From the NCBI RefSeq assembly GCF_009914755.1, contig NC_060928.1: 64,000 nucleotides of DNA; one strand, written 5' to 3'. How positions within the stretch are numbered: the first letter of the stretch is position 1; each line of letters opens with the position of its first letter. This stretch comes from the human T2T-CHM13v2.0 reference genome, Homo sapiens. The position numbers and the translations under genes are program-made. Shown one piece after another: positions 1 through 30,830 of this stretch. The notes below the pieces were generated by a model. The model saw nothing but the letters and a program-made list of their open reading frames with translations, did not search any database and had not been told where the DNA came from.

Positions 1-113
1 GGCCGCCTCGGAACCGCGTGAGAACCTTGAGGTTAGCTGGTGGAGGGGATAAGCTCTCACTCACCCGTCTTCCCTTTGGAGTTTATCATCCCTGGTAGCC
101 AATGAGGACATTT

Positions 114-739
<626 letters not shown>

Positions 740-843
740 ACCAATGGGGAAATTTGGTCAGAAAATTGTGTCCACTTCTGGCCCTGTTCCTGCCCCTGGC
801 CCCAACATTCTGTATGAAAACAGTGAGAAAATCTTGTTCCTTC

Positions 844-2008
<1,165 letters not shown>

Positions 2009-2256
2009 CTTCTTTGATCTTCCTATCACTCTCAATCTTAACGCCCCAAGGAAAAAGGAACGGAAGTATTAATAATCGATATGTGGTGGATGGAAGACAT
2101 TATCAAGAGATATTTTTAGACAGAGCAAGAAGTGTGGGCAGAAGCAGGCCTGGCTGTTGGTGGTCCAAGCTAAGCTGAGGAATGTTGGCTGTGATCACTA
2201 ACCTCCTGCTCCCCACCCCTCCATATGTTTTCATCTGAGGGCCAGTCCAAGATGGG

Positions 2257-2972
2257 TGCTATGATTGGAATATTTGTCCCCTCCAAAAACCCCTCAATCT
2301 AGTCCCCAGTGCAACAGTGTTGAGAGGTGGGGCCTTTAAGAGGTGATTGAGGCTGGGCTCACACCCGTAATCCTAGCACTTTGAGAGGACGAGGCAAGCG
2401 GATCACAAGGTTAGGAGTTTGAGACCAGCCTTGCAAACATGGTAAAAACCCATCTCTACTAAAAATACAAAAATTAACCTAGCCATGGTGGCAGGCGCCT
2501 GTAGTTTCAGCTACTCGGGAGGCTGAGGAAGGAGAATTGTTTGAACTCCAGAGCCAGAGGTTGCAGTGAGCCAAGATTTCACCACTGCACTCCAGCCTGG
2601 ACAACAGAGAAAACTTCATCTCAAAATAAATAAATAAATAAATATGAAGTGATTGCATCATGAAGACTGCGCTCACAAATGGATTAATCCATATGTGAAT
2701 GAATGGATTAATGGGTTATCATGGGTATAGAACTGGTGGCTTCACAAGAACATAAGGAGACCTGAGCTACCACGCTCACCCCCTCACTTTGTGATGACCT
2801 GCACCACCTTGGGACTCTACAGAGTCCCCAGTGGCAAGAGGGCCCTCACCAGATGTGTCTCCTCAACCTGGGACTTCCCAGCCTCCATGATTGTAAGAAA
2901 TAAATTTATTTTCTTATAAATTACCCAGTTTCAGGTATTCTATTAAAATGCAACAGAAAATGAACTAAGACA
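2257..2972 (+). mobile_element. ERVL-MaLR MST-type solo LTR, split by an Alu (~2350-2645)
   Basis: TGCTATG ... CTAAGACA termini with perfect 5-bp TSD ATGGG (2252-2256 / 2973-2977). Confidence 0.9.
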
Positions 2973-3185
2973 ATGGGCATGCTTCCCTCTCCCTCAAAGT
3001 CTAGTGAGACGGCTTTAGTGGCACCCTTGGAGAGCTGGGTAGGAGTTCTCTGCAACTGGAAGCATGAAGGACTGCTACCTGACTTGTGTCCAAGAAGAAA
3101 AGATTGTATTTAAGAAATAACCAGTCAGGTGCAGTGGCTCACGCCTATAATCCCTGCACTTTGGGAGGCCGAGGAGGGCAGATCA

Positions 3186-3640
<455 letters not shown>

Positions 3641-4219
3641 CAAAACAAATCTCTAAGCACAAATCTCATGGATTAAAGAAGGCCACACATGTTTTGCCAT
3701 TCTTCCACTGGAGAGGTGGAATTATGTATATATAATTTTTGTGTGTGACGTAGTCTTTCTCTGCCACCCAGGCTGGAGTACAGAGGCACACTCTCTTGAA
3801 TCCCAGGTTCAAGCAATTCTCCTGCCTCAGCCTCCTGAGTAGCTGGGACCACAGGCTTGTACCACCATGCCCAGCTAATTTTTGTTTTTTTTGTAGAGAC
3901 AGGGGGTCTCGTTGTGTTAGCCAGGCTGGTCTTGAACTCCTGACCTCAGGTGATCTGCCCTACTTGGCCTCCCAAAGTGCTGGGATTATGGGCGTGAGCG
4001 ACCATGCCAGGGCTGTACAAAATATATAAATATTAAATTTAGCTGGATATGGTGATGTGTGCTTGTAGTCCCAGCTACTCAGAAGGCTGAGGTCAAAGAA
4101 ATCACATCACTTGAGCTTAGAAAGTCAAGGCTGCAGTGAACCATGATCATGCTGCTGCACTCCAGCCTGGGTGACACACCAAGATCTTGTCTCAATAAAT
4201 AAAATAAACAAATAGGGGC

Positions 4220-6430
<2,211 letters not shown>

Positions 6431-6640
6431 AATGGTACAGAAGTTCTGAAAGATATAATTAACAGTTAATTTCATAGATATATATTTAACTCTCATTTTC
6501 TTCAAACATAACATAAAGTTTTGCCAGGCGTGGTGGCTCAAGCCTGTAATCCCAGCACTTTGGGAGGCCGAGGCAGGTGGATCACGAGGTCAGGAGTTCT
6601 AGACCAGCCTGACCAGCATGGCAAAACCTGATCTCTACTA

Positions 6641-6985
<345 letters not shown>

Positions 6986-7770
6986 TCATGCCTGTAACTC
7001 CAGCACTGTGGGAGGCTGAGGCAGGAGGATTGCTTGACCCCAGGAGTTTGAGACCAAACTGGACAACATAGCAAGACTCCAATCTCTACAAAAAATTAAA
7101 AATTAATTGGGTGTAGTGGCTCATGTCTGTAATCTCAACTACTTGGGAGGCTGAGGTGGAAGAGTTGCTTGAACACAGGAGTTCGAGACCAGTCTAGGCA
7201 ACATAGTGAGACCCTTTCTCTATAAAAAATTTAAAAATAACTAGAATTAATGAAAAGAGTGTTGGATTAAAAACAGTGACAAAATAGATAACATTTTACT
7301 TGTATAGGAAAGAAAAAAAAGTGAAAAATCTCAAATGCCAAATATTAGATATACAAAAATAGCCCACATTTACCAAATATTTCCTCTTTGCCAGGCACTG
7401 AACTAAGTACTTGTCTTGCCCTAGCTCACCTCCTAGTTCAGTGTCCTTATGTGGTCCGAGTATTATTATCTCTGTTTTACATTTTCCATTTCAGGAAGCC
7501 AGGCACAGAGAAGCTGCAATAACTTGTCTAACCAAGCTCATCATAAGAGTGAGTGGTAAACTGAGATTTTAACCCAGATCCTCTGGATTTAGATCTTGCC
7601 ATTTTAAATCTATACACTGCAGGGAGTAGTAGCTAAAATTACACATACAGGCCAGGCATGGTGCCTCACGCCTGTAATCCCAGCACTTTGGGAGGCTGAG
7701 GCGGGTGGATCACCTGAGGTTAGGAGTTCCAGAGTAGCCTGACCAACATGGTGAAACCTCATCTCTACTA

Positions 7771-8344
<574 letters not shown>

Positions 8345-9446
8345 TCATTATGAACTTGTCCAAACCCACAGAATGTACAACACCAAGAGTGAACCTGATG
8401 TCAGCTATGCTCTTTGGGTGATAATGATGTGTCAGGTAGGCTCGTGGATTGTAACAAGCATGACTCCCAGGAAGCATGTCAACTCGGAAGCTGGATTTTG
8501 CTCAGAAGTCTCCTCTGCTCAGGGGAAACACATCATCTCCTTGTATCTTATCTCAGTAATCAGGGGCATGCTTCTAGGAATCCAAAGAAACATCCCAAGT
8601 GATAGTGTGTACTCAGGACAGGAAGTTCCTGTGGTTTGGGGCTGCTGAGGTCAGAGCCTGGAAAGGGAAAGTGTACTAGAGGTTAAAGAACATTTGCTTC
8701 CCAGGTCTGCAGAGCAGGTCATTTTCTTATCATTCCCTGTCCTTCCCTCTCTATCTCCCGCCTTCCTACCCTCTCCTGCCCCACCCTCCAACACATCTCT
8801 GGGGCCTTTCTGGCCTCCTGTCAGTTTGATCCTACACTGCTTTTCTCTTAGCATGAAGGCAAGACTCATTATCAGTGCTCTCTCCTGTGAAATATAGAAG
8901 AAGAATAATCATATTTTCTACAGAAGGGTGTTGGAAGAATTAAATAGAAATGCTTGTGTGGCTGGGAGCGGTGTTCACACCTGTAATCTCAGCACTTTGG
9001 GAGGCTGAGGTGGGAGGAATGCTTGAGCTCAGGAGTTCGAGACTAGCCTGGGTAACATAGGAGACACCATCTCTACAAAAAATTAAAAAAAAATCAATCA
9101 GGTGTGTGGCTCATAGCTGCAGTCCCAACTACTGGGGAGGCTCAGGTGGGAGGATCACTTGAGCCCATGAGGTCTAAGGCTACAGTGAGCTGTGATCACA
9201 CCACTGCACTCCAGCCTGGGTGACAGAGCAAAACCCTGCCTTAAAAAAAATAATAAAATAAAATAGATAAATAAATAAAGGCCGGGCACAGTGGCCCACG
9301 CCTGTAATCCCAGCACTTTGGGAGGCCAAGGCGGGCAGATCACCTGAGGTCAGAAGTTCAAGACCAGCCTGGCAACATGGCAAAACCCTGTCTCCACTAA
9401 AAATACAAAAATTAGCCGGTCGTGGTGCCGCGTTCCTGTAGTTTCA

Positions 9447-9638
<192 letters not shown>

Positions 9639-11057
9639 TCATTCATTCTTTCTACAGAATCCTAGTAAGTGTGACTGTGTGCCAGCAAGTACTCTAAGCA
9701 CTAGGAATCCCACAAGGCATGAGATATACTGACAATTAAGCACATTCTAGTGAGGAAGACAGAGAAGTAGACAGTTCCCAGGGCGTAAGTTTTGCTAGGA
9801 GACTGGGCAGAAGAAGCCACCCCAACTGCAGATCCTATTTATACCCGCCACTTAATGGTTCTGTATGTTTAGGAAAGTTATTTCACCTTTCTGACCCTTG
9901 GGTTTCTATCTCAACAATGTGAACAAGATCTCTATTTCACAAGGTTATTGTGAGGATTAAATGAGATTTCCCTAAATCTCAGGTATTAGCATTCTCCCTT
10001 AGAATGCTTGCTCTATCTCCCTGCAGCCTCTACAATTGATTAACATTGCCACCTACTTTTGCTTCATCTTGGGTAATAATATTTGTGAATCATGGAGTTA
10101 GTGTTCAAGTCCTCTTGTTTTCCTAATAAACAGTAAAGCAAATGCTTAGCTGTTAGCATTTTAACAGTTCAATAGGGTCCCACCTAGAAATAGCTCATGT
10201 GCCCCAAGGTTATAAGTACTGAGATCCATAATTAAAGCATGATCACATTGTATTGCTTGGTGTTGGTAAGGCTTAAATATACACAATTTTATTGATTCTA
10301 AGAAGTAAGAATGGAGTAGATGACAGGACCCAATGCATAGAAGGAGGATGAGGGGAGGGAAGAAAGAAAGCCTTCCATCGGGGGTTGGGAGGTGGCTTCG
10401 GAGCTTAGCCCTGGAGCCTGCAGATCACCTGGCAGGTAGAAAGGGGTTGAGGACTGAAATGGGTGAAAAGGAAGTGCTTTCTAAGAAAAGAACAAAGATC
10501 AACTGGGCTCGGTGGCTCACGCCTGTAATCCCAGCACTTTGGGTGAAGGATGAGCCTGGGGCTATAGATAAGCTGAGGTCAGATAAAGAAAGGCTTGCAT
10601 GCTCTCTGGGGAGTTTGGACTTGATCCTGATGGATATGGTGAAATTCAGCAGGTGTTTGAGGCCTGAATGTCACGTGTTCCAGTTATAGCCTAAGAAGAT
10701 CTCAGGAAAATTATTTAGAGTGGGTCAGCACAAGAGGTACACAAGGATGCATGTACCAAGGTTTCGAGCCTGATGCATTTGTAAAAATACCTCTTGTGCT
10801 TCTGATTCTCACTTCTTTGTGTTTTCGCTCCTTGTTCTTTAATAGAGTCTTCCAAATAAATCAGTCCGTATGGAGGTATACATTTATTTCAGTAGAAATA
10901 AGCACTATGTTTCTGATATAAGCCTCTTATCAGAAAGATAGAGGCTTTCTGATAAGCCAGAGCTCTTTGAGAAATCGGAGGCTGATGAAAGTCAGAAACC
11001 TGAGATCTGTCTTCAGTTCCTTCCGCTGCCCACCCTCCTGGGGAAGACCAGGGTTGA

Positions 11058-11483
<426 letters not shown>

Positions 11484-11509
11484 TAATGATCTATGAACCA
11501 GTCTCAATG

Positions 11510-12260
11510 CTGGTTTTATCTCAATTCCTCGACTTAATAGCTAAGAATTCTGAGTAGCTAAAGGATCCTAAGCAAATCCTTTAATCTTACTGTCTCAGCT
11601 TCCTCGTCTGTCAAATAGAGATAATAAATGAATATATCTGCCTCATGGGTTGTTGTGGGGATTGCCAAGACCAGCTTGGCTGGGGAGACCCAACCCAGCG
11701 GCGCCAGAGGAATTAAAGACACACACAGAGAAATATAGAGGTATGAAGTGGGAAATCAGGGGTCTCAAAGCCTTCCAAGCTGAGAGCCCAGAATAGAGAT
11801 TTACCCACGTATTTATTAGCAAACCAGTCATTAGCATTGTTTCTACAGATGTTAAATTAACTAAAAGTATCCCTTATGGGAAACAAAGGGATGGGCTGAA
11901 TTAAAGGGATAGGTTGGGCTAGTTAACTGCAGCAGGAACATGCTATTAAGGCATAAATCGCTCATGCTATTGTTTGTGGCTTAAGAATGCCTTTAAGCGG
12001 TTTTCCGCCCTGGGCAGGCCAGGTGTTCCTTGCCCTCATTCCTGTAAACCCACAACCTTCCAGCTTGGGTGTTAGGGCCATGATGAACATGTTACAGTGC
12101 TGCAGAGATTTTGTTTATGGCCAGTCTTGGGGCCAGTTTATGGCCAGATTTTGGGGAGCTTACTCCCAACAGGGATTATGTGAACTACTGAGTTGAAACA
12201 CTTACTATATTACATGGCACACAGTAGAAGTTCAGTAAAGGCTTGGTATTAATATTATCA
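11510..12260. mobile_element. MIR split by the MER9 LTR
   Basis: CTCAGCTTCCTCGTCTGTCAAATAGAGATAATA...GGGTTGTTGTGGGGAT resumes after the LTR as TATGTGAA...GGCACACAGTAG. Confidence 0.75.
11663..12171 (-). mobile_element. MER9 solo LTR (HERV-K9/HML-3)
   Basis: Reverse strand TGTTGGGAGTAAGCTCCCCAAAATCTGGCCATAAACTGGCCCC ... GCTGGTCTTGGCA; ~510 bp; TSD GGGAT on both sides. Confidence 0.92.
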
Positions 12261-12794
12261 CTCCACTCCCACCTCCCATTCTGTTCATTAGAGCTGCCTA
12301 AAAAAATAAAATAAAATAACTGCCAGGCATGGTGGCTCATACCTGTAATCCCAGTGCTCTGAGAGCCCAAGGCAGGCTTACCTGAGGCCAGGAGTTTGAG
12401 GTCAGCCTGGGTAACACAGCAAGAACCTGTCTCTACAAGAAATAATTAAAAAAAAAAAAAAGCTGGATGTGGTAGCATGAGCCTGTAGTCTCAGCTACTT
12501 GGGAGGCTGAGGCAGGAGGATTACTGAGCCCAGGAGTTCAAGGCTGCAGTTAGCTATAATTGTGCCACTACACTACAACCTCGGTGACAGAGCAAGACAC
12601 TGTGTCTAAAAAAAAATAAAATAAAATAAAAAATAGAACCAGTAAGCCAGTAGTATTATTAATTGAGTGTGTGGTGGCTCACACCATAATCTCAACTCTT
12701 TGGGAAGTCAAGGCCGGAGGATCACTTGAACCCAAAAGTTTGACACCAGTCTGGGCAACATGATGAGACCCTACATCTACCAAAAGAAAACAAA

Positions 12795-17168
<4,374 letters not shown>

Positions 17169-17273
17169 TCCTCCATCTCCTAATCCTTTCACGGTGCTGC
17201 TGACAGCAAGAGCCTGGTTTTTCTGAAATGCAAATCTGACCATGCTATTTTTTTTCTTGTAACTCTTTAATAG

Positions 17274-17411
<138 letters not shown>

Positions 17412-18249
17412 TGAGTAGCTGGGATTACAGGTGTGCACCACCACGTCCAGCTAATTTTTGTAGTTTTAGTAGAGATGGGGTTTCACCATGTTAGCCAGGC
17501 TGGTCTCCATCCATTCGGCCTCCCAAAGTGCTGGGATTACAGGCGTGAGCCACTGCGCCAGGCCTTGTTTCTAATGAGATAGAGGCCAACCCCCTCAGCA
17601 TGAGCTTCAAGGCCTTCATTTCTGCTGTCCTCTCTACCAAGAACCACACTGATACCTGGGAGCCTGTCAATATGAGGCCTCCTTTCAGGGCATTGGAAGC
17701 CATGGAGTATGATTGCTGTTCAAGAAAGGTAAATTTGCAGATAAATACAAAATGAAATTGAAGCAGAGATGTGCAGTCACCCAAAAGAGACAGATTGGCT
17801 TCCAGGCCCAAATACTTTGCTGTAAAACCAACTGAAAGGGTTGCCATGTCCAAATTGAGATTGTGCTTATCAAAAGTGGAGCTGGGCAGCCACAGAGGCT
17901 GTCAGCATCCACTCCAGCTTTGTCAGGAGACAGGGAGCCCTGGCCTGAGGGCCTGGCCTGATGATTCTGAAATTTCTACTGTGGAAATAAACTATTTGAA
18001 TACCCTAACTCATTGGGACTAACTTCCTTGTTCCAAATATGCATCTAGCCACTCTTTGATTATGATCTGGCTTCCCATGTAGCTTATTATGGGAGAGAAT
18101 TAGACTGCTATGATGGTTCACATCCTTCTATAAATGAATAAACTAGCCTTCTGGGGTTAGTCATCAGCTTCCGAGATTGCATTAATGGGAGTCTGTCATG
18201 CTCTGCGTGCTCAGCTGATTTCTGAGCTCATGTGGCTAAGGATAAAAAA

Positions 18250-18755
18250 GGGTGAATGTAGGGTGGGGCAAAAGAGGCACCTTGGACACAAAATTTAAGA
18301 AGGCACTCACTCTCAGGGTCTTGCAAGTGTGTTTTACTCTGTTTTCCGTTGCTGTAACAGAATACCTGAAACTGGATAATTTATAAAGGAAAGAGATTTT
18401 TTTTAGCTCATGGTTTTGGAGGCTGGGAAGTCCAAGATTAGGCACCCACATCTGGTGAGGGCCTCAGCTGCTTCATAGCACAGTAGAAAGCAGAAAGCAG
18501 AAGGGGAGAGAGGGCATAATGCAAGGGAAAACAGGGCTGAACTCCCCATAACTAAACCCATTTCCTTGAGAAGGCATTAATCCCTCTTAACGACCTAATT
18601 ACCTCATAAAAGCCCCACCTTCCAGCACTGCCACAGTGGCAATCCAATTTCTACATGAGTTTCAGAGGTGACAAACCATATTTAAACCATAGCAAATTGC
18701 TTTCTTAAACTTTGTGCCCTAGGTGCCTCTCTTGCCTCACCCTAGTCTCAGCCTG
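18250..18755. mobile_element. MER96-like palindromic hAT MITE split by an MST LTR
   Basis: Inverted arms TAGGGTGGGGCAAAAGAGGCACC...CACAAAATTTAAGAAGGCA and TGCTTTCTTAAACTTTGTGCCCTAGGTGCCTCTTGCCTCACCCTAG. Confidence 0.7.
18330..18694 (-). mobile_element. MST-type MaLR solo LTR
   Basis: TGTTTTACTCTGTTTT...GTTGCTGTAACAGAATACC ... AAACCATAGCA; TSD AAGTG / AATTG (1 mismatch). Confidence 0.8.
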
Positions 18756-21060
18756 ATATATTCAGAAAAGCAGGTGCCATTTTAGGGAATCACCTTTATC
18801 TGATCAGAACCTAAGTTCCTAGTTCCAAAGGTGACATTATAATCTGCTTGCTTTTCCTCTAGGCGAGTGTTCCTATCTTTTTTCTTTTATTTGAGGCAGA
18901 GTCTCGCTCTGTTGCCCAGGCTGGAGTGCACTGGTGCAGTCTCAGCTCACTGCCATCTTCGCCTCCTGGATTCAAGGGATTCTCCTGCCTCAGCTTCCTG
19001 AGTAGCTGGGACTACAGGCATGCACCACCACGTCCAGCTAATTTTTATAGCTTTAGTAGAGACGGGGTTTCACCATGTTGGCCAGGGTGGTCTTGAACTC
19101 CTGACCTGAAGTCAGGTGTGAGCCATCATGCTGGCCAGGTGGTCCTTTCAATAGAGAACCAGACTTTCCAGCTGTGAGTAAAACGCAAGCAAGCTCTAAG
19201 ACAGCCTCCCAGCGACATGAGACCCAAGGAGATAGGAGCAAGAGGGGAAAGCATAGGGGAGGTTTAGGGTAACAGTAACACTACTTTAGAGGGAGTAGGG
19301 TTTATGCTGATTGGGGAAGAGATTAGTATCAAAGTCCTAGGCATCCTAGGACATTGTCCCTGTGGACACTGTTCAAGGATACGAATTTGCCCTCAATCCC
19401 ATAGACACAGGCTGACTAATAGACTGGTACCTTTCAGTACCAAAATATGTATCATATTTTCTCCCACCTCCAGCTCAACCTTCTATTAATAGCAAGCAAG
19501 TAACCGCTCCCTCTCATCCCTTGGTTAGCCCTGGCCCTAAGAAACTAAAACATATGCTGATTAGCTAAGGTCATTTTTTCTGTCCCCTGCCAGCTTTATA
19601 TTGCTGATTACACAGGTAACTCTAGATCCCACTGGGCAAGATATTGGGATTTGGGGGGTTAGCAGAGAGCAGGGACAAGGCATCATCCTATCAGGGGCAA
19701 AACAGCCACCTCTATCTTGAACCCCTCACACCCAGCATAAATAGCATCCTCTTATGCAGTGCTGGAGATATCGCAAGCTTGAGTTAGGAGTGGGATGAAA
19801 GTAAAGGACAGAGACAGGTCTCAGATTTCCCACGCATCTGTGCTGGCCAATATTTTAGAACTCCTTTCAAATCAGTAGGTTAATGTAGCAAGGCGAGACC
19901 ACATCAGGTTGGTCCCAATCTGGTACTTGGGATTAATGTATCATGAAAGGAATAAGGCATGTGGCTGTGGCCAATTAGAAAGCCAGTGATGTTGGGAGTA
20001 CTAGTTGGCAGAGTTCGCACTCCAAGCGAGCGGGGCTTTCCCTTTGTCCTGCAGTTTTTCCTTCTGTCTTCACCTCTCACCCTCGGCCCCCTCCAATAGG
20101 CTTGGCCTAGAAAGTTACTTTGTGCAGAGAAAGCAATGCAGTAGAGTGAGGGACTCCAGTCTTGGTAAAAGCCAGACCTGGCTTTGAACTCTCAATCTGC
20201 CACTGACCATCTGTGAGGTATTGGTCAAGTCAGTTAACCTCTTTGAGCCTCAGTTTCCCCTGCTGCAAAATGAGGACCATATACCTACCCACAAGTGTCA
20301 CAGTATTTGCAAAGTATTTGACAGGTAGTAGAGTCCAGTGATACTAGTTATATTGAGGTCAGTTCTTTTGCATCTTTTTTTTGAAATGAAAAAATCATCT
20401 GAAAAAAAGATTTCATTTTTTTTATTGATTTTTACAATCTTAATAGGATTGAAGGAGAAAGTGATTGCATTAGAATTTTTTGAGAAAGCTTTCTAGTGGG
20501 TTCTTTGGGCAAGAATTTATAACAATGATGATAGATAACATATATGGAGCATTCACCATATGTATGGCCCTCTTCTAAGTACAATGCATGGGCCAGGCAC
20601 AGTGGTTCATGCCTGTAATCCCAGCACTTTAGGAGGCTGAGGCGGGCTGGTTACTGGAGGTCAGGAGTGTGAGACTAGACTGGCCAACATGGTGAAACCC
20701 TATTTCTACTAAAAATACAAAAATTAGCCGGGCATGGTGGCGGGTGCCTGTAATCCCAGCTACTCAGGAGGCTGAAGCAGGAGAATCACTTGAACCCAGG
20801 AGGCAGAGGCTACAGTGAGCCGAGATTGTGCCACTGCACTCCCACCTGGGCAACAGAGTGATACTCCATCTCAAAAAATAGTAATAATGATAATAATAAT
20901 AATAATAAACTAAGTACATTGCATGAATTAATCATTTATTATTCTACCAGATCTGTGAAGCGGGACTACTGTCATCTCTATTTTACAGATAAAACAAAAT
21001 ACCAATGTCTCCTAGACAGCATGTTTACCTCTTTACTCCTTCTGTATTGTTTGTTTGCTA

Positions 21061-26610
<5,550 letters not shown>

Positions 26611-27411
26611 CTGGTGGAGAAAGATCCTTACATGATTTTAATCTCTGTGGAATATGCATGGAGGCAGGTAAAGAAAAGTCAGCCACTCCAAACCCTGGTC
26701 TGGAAACAAGCAGGGAGCCCAGGACAAGTTGATCAGTGCTTCAAACAAAGGACAGGGAGGAGGAAAATTTCCAGAGTCGCAGCCCTGCGTGTAAGTGGAG
26801 GAGCTGTTCTCTGTTTATGATTTTATCAAATGTAAGTTGAGTGGCACTTTCAAAATAATTTAATTTATAAAATGCAGTCAATAGAATGAATGTTGCAAAC
26901 CATGTGGTAACATTTAAATCCCATAGTTGGAGCTCAGTACATTCAACATACCCACACACAAGGCTAATCTTTGTATAGGGGAGCTGAAAGATTTCTATCA
27001 TTTAGGTAATTTACTTCCTCTGTTTGCTTTTTTTTTTTTTTTTTTTTGAGACAGTATCATTCTGTCACCTGGTCTGGACTGCAGTGGCATGATCTCAGCT
27101 CACTGCAACCTCCACCTCCTGAGTTTGAGTGATTCTTGTGCCTCAGCCTCCCAAGTAGCTGGGAGCATGTCATCATGCCTGGCTAATTTTTGCATTTTTA
27201 GTAGAGGCAGGGTTTTGCCATGTTGGCCAGGCTGGTCTCCAACTTCTGACCTCAAGTGATATGCCCGCCTCGGCCTCCCAAAGTGATGGGATTACAGGCA
27301 TGAGCCACTGAACCGGGAAACTTAGTAGGGTTTTTATAGAGATAAATTAGTTAAAATATGTGAAGTCCTTTGAGTAGTCCTTGGCTATATAAGTGGTAGC
27401 TATTTGCCATC

Positions 27412-27472
27412 AAGATGATGATCATGATGATGAATGATGATGATGATGATTATTTTATCATCTTCATCATTA
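27412..27472. repeat. Imperfect (GAT)n/(CAT)n microsatellite at a MIR tail
   Basis: GATGATGATCATGATGATGAATGATGATGATGATGAT. Confidence 0.85.
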
Positions 27473-27483
27473 TGTTCTCCTGA

Positions 27484-27897
<414 letters not shown>

Positions 27898-28259
27898 TAG
27901 AAATTATAAAACTTCATTAAAAGCCTTAAAAAAAGATGAGGATGCAATTTATCTATTTATTTTTCCCACACGTGAACCACCAGTGATGATGCAATTTAAA
28001 TGATTTGTCTGATAAGGCAAGTCACTCCTCTTTGTCTTTCTCCAAAGTTGTCTTAAGTACTTTTTGTCCCTTTGCTCTTCCAAAAAAATTTTAAAATTAG
28101 GTGAGTTTACAGATGAATTTTGGGGGGACTTGAAATCTTTATGAGATTGAGTTCATGTCATAAAGTGAGGGGGCCTGCAGTAGCTGAAGCCCCATGGGAC
28201 CACCAGCCTTTTTCATATACTCCAAAGTACCTTGCGAAGATGATCATTTTCTATGTGAA

Positions 28260-28475
28260 AATGATGTACAAAGGTTACTAAGCACTGGAATGGACCAGAG
28301 GGCTAGAACAGGGAACTCAGAAATAGAGCCTCATATACATTGCAAATTTCATCATCTCCAAAAGTGCCATTACCAGTCTGCTGGGATGAAAAGGATTATT
28401 CAATAAATGGTACAGCTACTTATGTATATGGACAATAAAATAAAATTGCTTTCTTTCTTTCTCTTTCTTTCTTTT

Positions 28476-28540
<65 letters not shown>

Positions 28541-30830
28541 TTTCTTTCTTTCCTTCTTTTTCTTTTTTTTTTTTGAGACAGAGTCTTGCTCTCTCACCCA
28601 GGCTGGAGTGCAGTGGTGCAATTTTGGCTCACTGCAACCTCCATCTTCTGGGTTCAAGAAATTCTCTGCCTCAGCCTCCTGAGTAGCTGGGATTACAGGC
28701 ATGCACCACCATGCCCGGCTAATTTTTGTATTTTTTAGTCGAGATGGGGTTTCTCCATTTTGCCCAGGCTGGTCTTGAACTTCTGGCCTTAAGTGATCTG
28801 CCTGCTTCAGCCTCCCAAGGTGCTGAGATTACAGGTGTGAGCCACCGCGCCCTGCCAAGAATGCAAAATATTACAAAGTTTTTTGAAATGTAGGATAATA
28901 TTTTGATGACATCAGATCAGGAAAAAACCTAACAAAAGCAGAGAAAGCTCAAATCATAAAACAAAAACAAATAAGTTGAATCATATGCATGGGAACAACC
29001 ACTACAACTTATGTCACAGACAAAGAGCTAATTTCAACAAGAAAGAACATTTTCAAATCAATAAAGTAGCAATAATTCGATAGAAACAGATAGATCACAG
29101 AAAAGTATACATAAGTGGTCTTAAGAATCTAAAAATACTAAATTTTTGCACCCTATGTTCAACTTCGTTAATAATAACAGAAATACAAATCAATGGTCAG
29201 GCATGGTGGCTCACACCTGTAATCCCAGCACTTTGGGAGATTGAGGCAGGACCATCACTTGGGTCCAGGAGTTGGAGACCAGCGTGGGCAACAGAGCAAG
29301 ACACGCTCTCAATTTTTAAAAATTATATTTTTTAAAAAAGAAATGCAAATAAAAACTACATTGAGATCCCATTTTTCACCTATCGGGTTGGTAAAAATCC
29401 AGAAGTCTGACTTATGTTATTGTCCATGGTAGAGGAAATAGACCCTTTTACAATGCTGTGGGGAGCAAATTTTTACAACCCCTATGGTGGAAATTTGGCA
29501 ATATCTGTCAAAATTACAATTGTACCTACTCTTTGGCCATTTCCATATCTAAAAATGTTTTCCCTAGACATCTACACACGCGTGTGCCATGATAAAAGAA
29601 CAAGGTTACTCAGTGCACCATTGTTTGTAACAACAAAATATGGGAAAGAAGCCACTAAATATTAATCTTGTTAAATATAAATTATAGTACATTCATATTA
29701 TGGAATATTATATAGCTATAAAACAACAAAGAAACTCTCTTAAATATATTACTGGTGTGGAATAATCTCCAGGTTATATAGTAAAGGAAGAAAAAAAAAC
29801 CCAAGATGCATAACAGTGTACACTAATATTTGGATTAAAAAAGTGAAAATATTTATTGTATTTTGCTTTTATGTGCATAATTCTGGGAGGACACTAAAGG
29901 GAATTGGGTGATTTGAAGAGGCAGAGAATAGACCTTTTACTATATGCTCTTTTGTACCTCTTGAAGTTTAAGCTATGTGCTGTATGCATTATCTTTCAAA
30001 AGAAAGAGCAATATATTAAAATTGAACACATTTGCTACATTGAAGTTAAAATTTTTGATATAATAAAAGGTATCATAAGAGGTTAAAAGACAGTAGGAGA
30101 ATATATTTTCAATACACGTAACTGAGAAAAGATTCGTATCCAGAGTTCCAAATCAATAAGAAAAAAAAATCCAATATGAAAATGAACAGAAAATATGATC
30201 AAAACACTCACAGAAGAAGAAATGTAAATGGCCAATTAACATAATAAGAAAGGCTTATTATAGTGATCAGGAAACTATATATTAAAATGAGCTATCATTT
30301 TACTACAGTTGATTGGGAAACGTTTTAAATTCTGACACATTCAAGTATTGGTGAGGATATAGAACATAGAGAACATTCATAGCTTGCTGGCAGGAATGTA
30401 AATTGGTATTACCACATTGGAGAACTACATGGCAATAAAGTAGAAAATATGCATGCCCTTTGACACAGTAATTGCACTTTTGGGTACATAATCTAGAAAA
30501 CTTCTAGAACATTTGCTTTAAAAGATACGTACAAAATATCCATTGATATATTATTTGTATTAACAAAAATCAACAAGAAAATGAATAAATAATGTTATTA
30601 CAAAATTGAACATTATATAGCAATATTCCTATTCCAAGATTCCTATATGTATCAATGAGAATAAAGTGTAAACACGTAAGCTGGAGTTGAAAAGCAAATG
30701 GTTTAAAGAATATTACTTAAATAAAATTTTAAAACATTCAAATAATTCTATGTAATTTTTGTGCTAATCTACATATGTAGTAAGAGTATGACAAGTACAA
30801 TGGAATTAGAAACACTAAATTCAAAAAAAG
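28260..30830 (+). mobile_element. Highly diverged L1ME-type 3' fragments
   Basis: A-rich blocks such as GAAATGCAAATAAAAACTACATTGAGAT...TCACCTATC and GCTGGCAGGAATGTAAATTGGTA. Confidence 0.7.
28449..28573. repeat. (TTTC)n tetranucleotide STR grown from an Alu tail
   Basis: Long pure TTTC run at ~28477-28537 next to a reverse Alu. Confidence 0.95.

Noticed and set aside
1-98. CpG-containing start of the window as a promoter
   Set aside because: Only a few CpGs and truncated by the window edge; cannot be supported.
28400-28702. Lys/Glu/Arg-rich and Phe/Leu/Ser-rich ORFs
   Set aside because: Frames of the (TTTC)n Alu-tail microsatellite.
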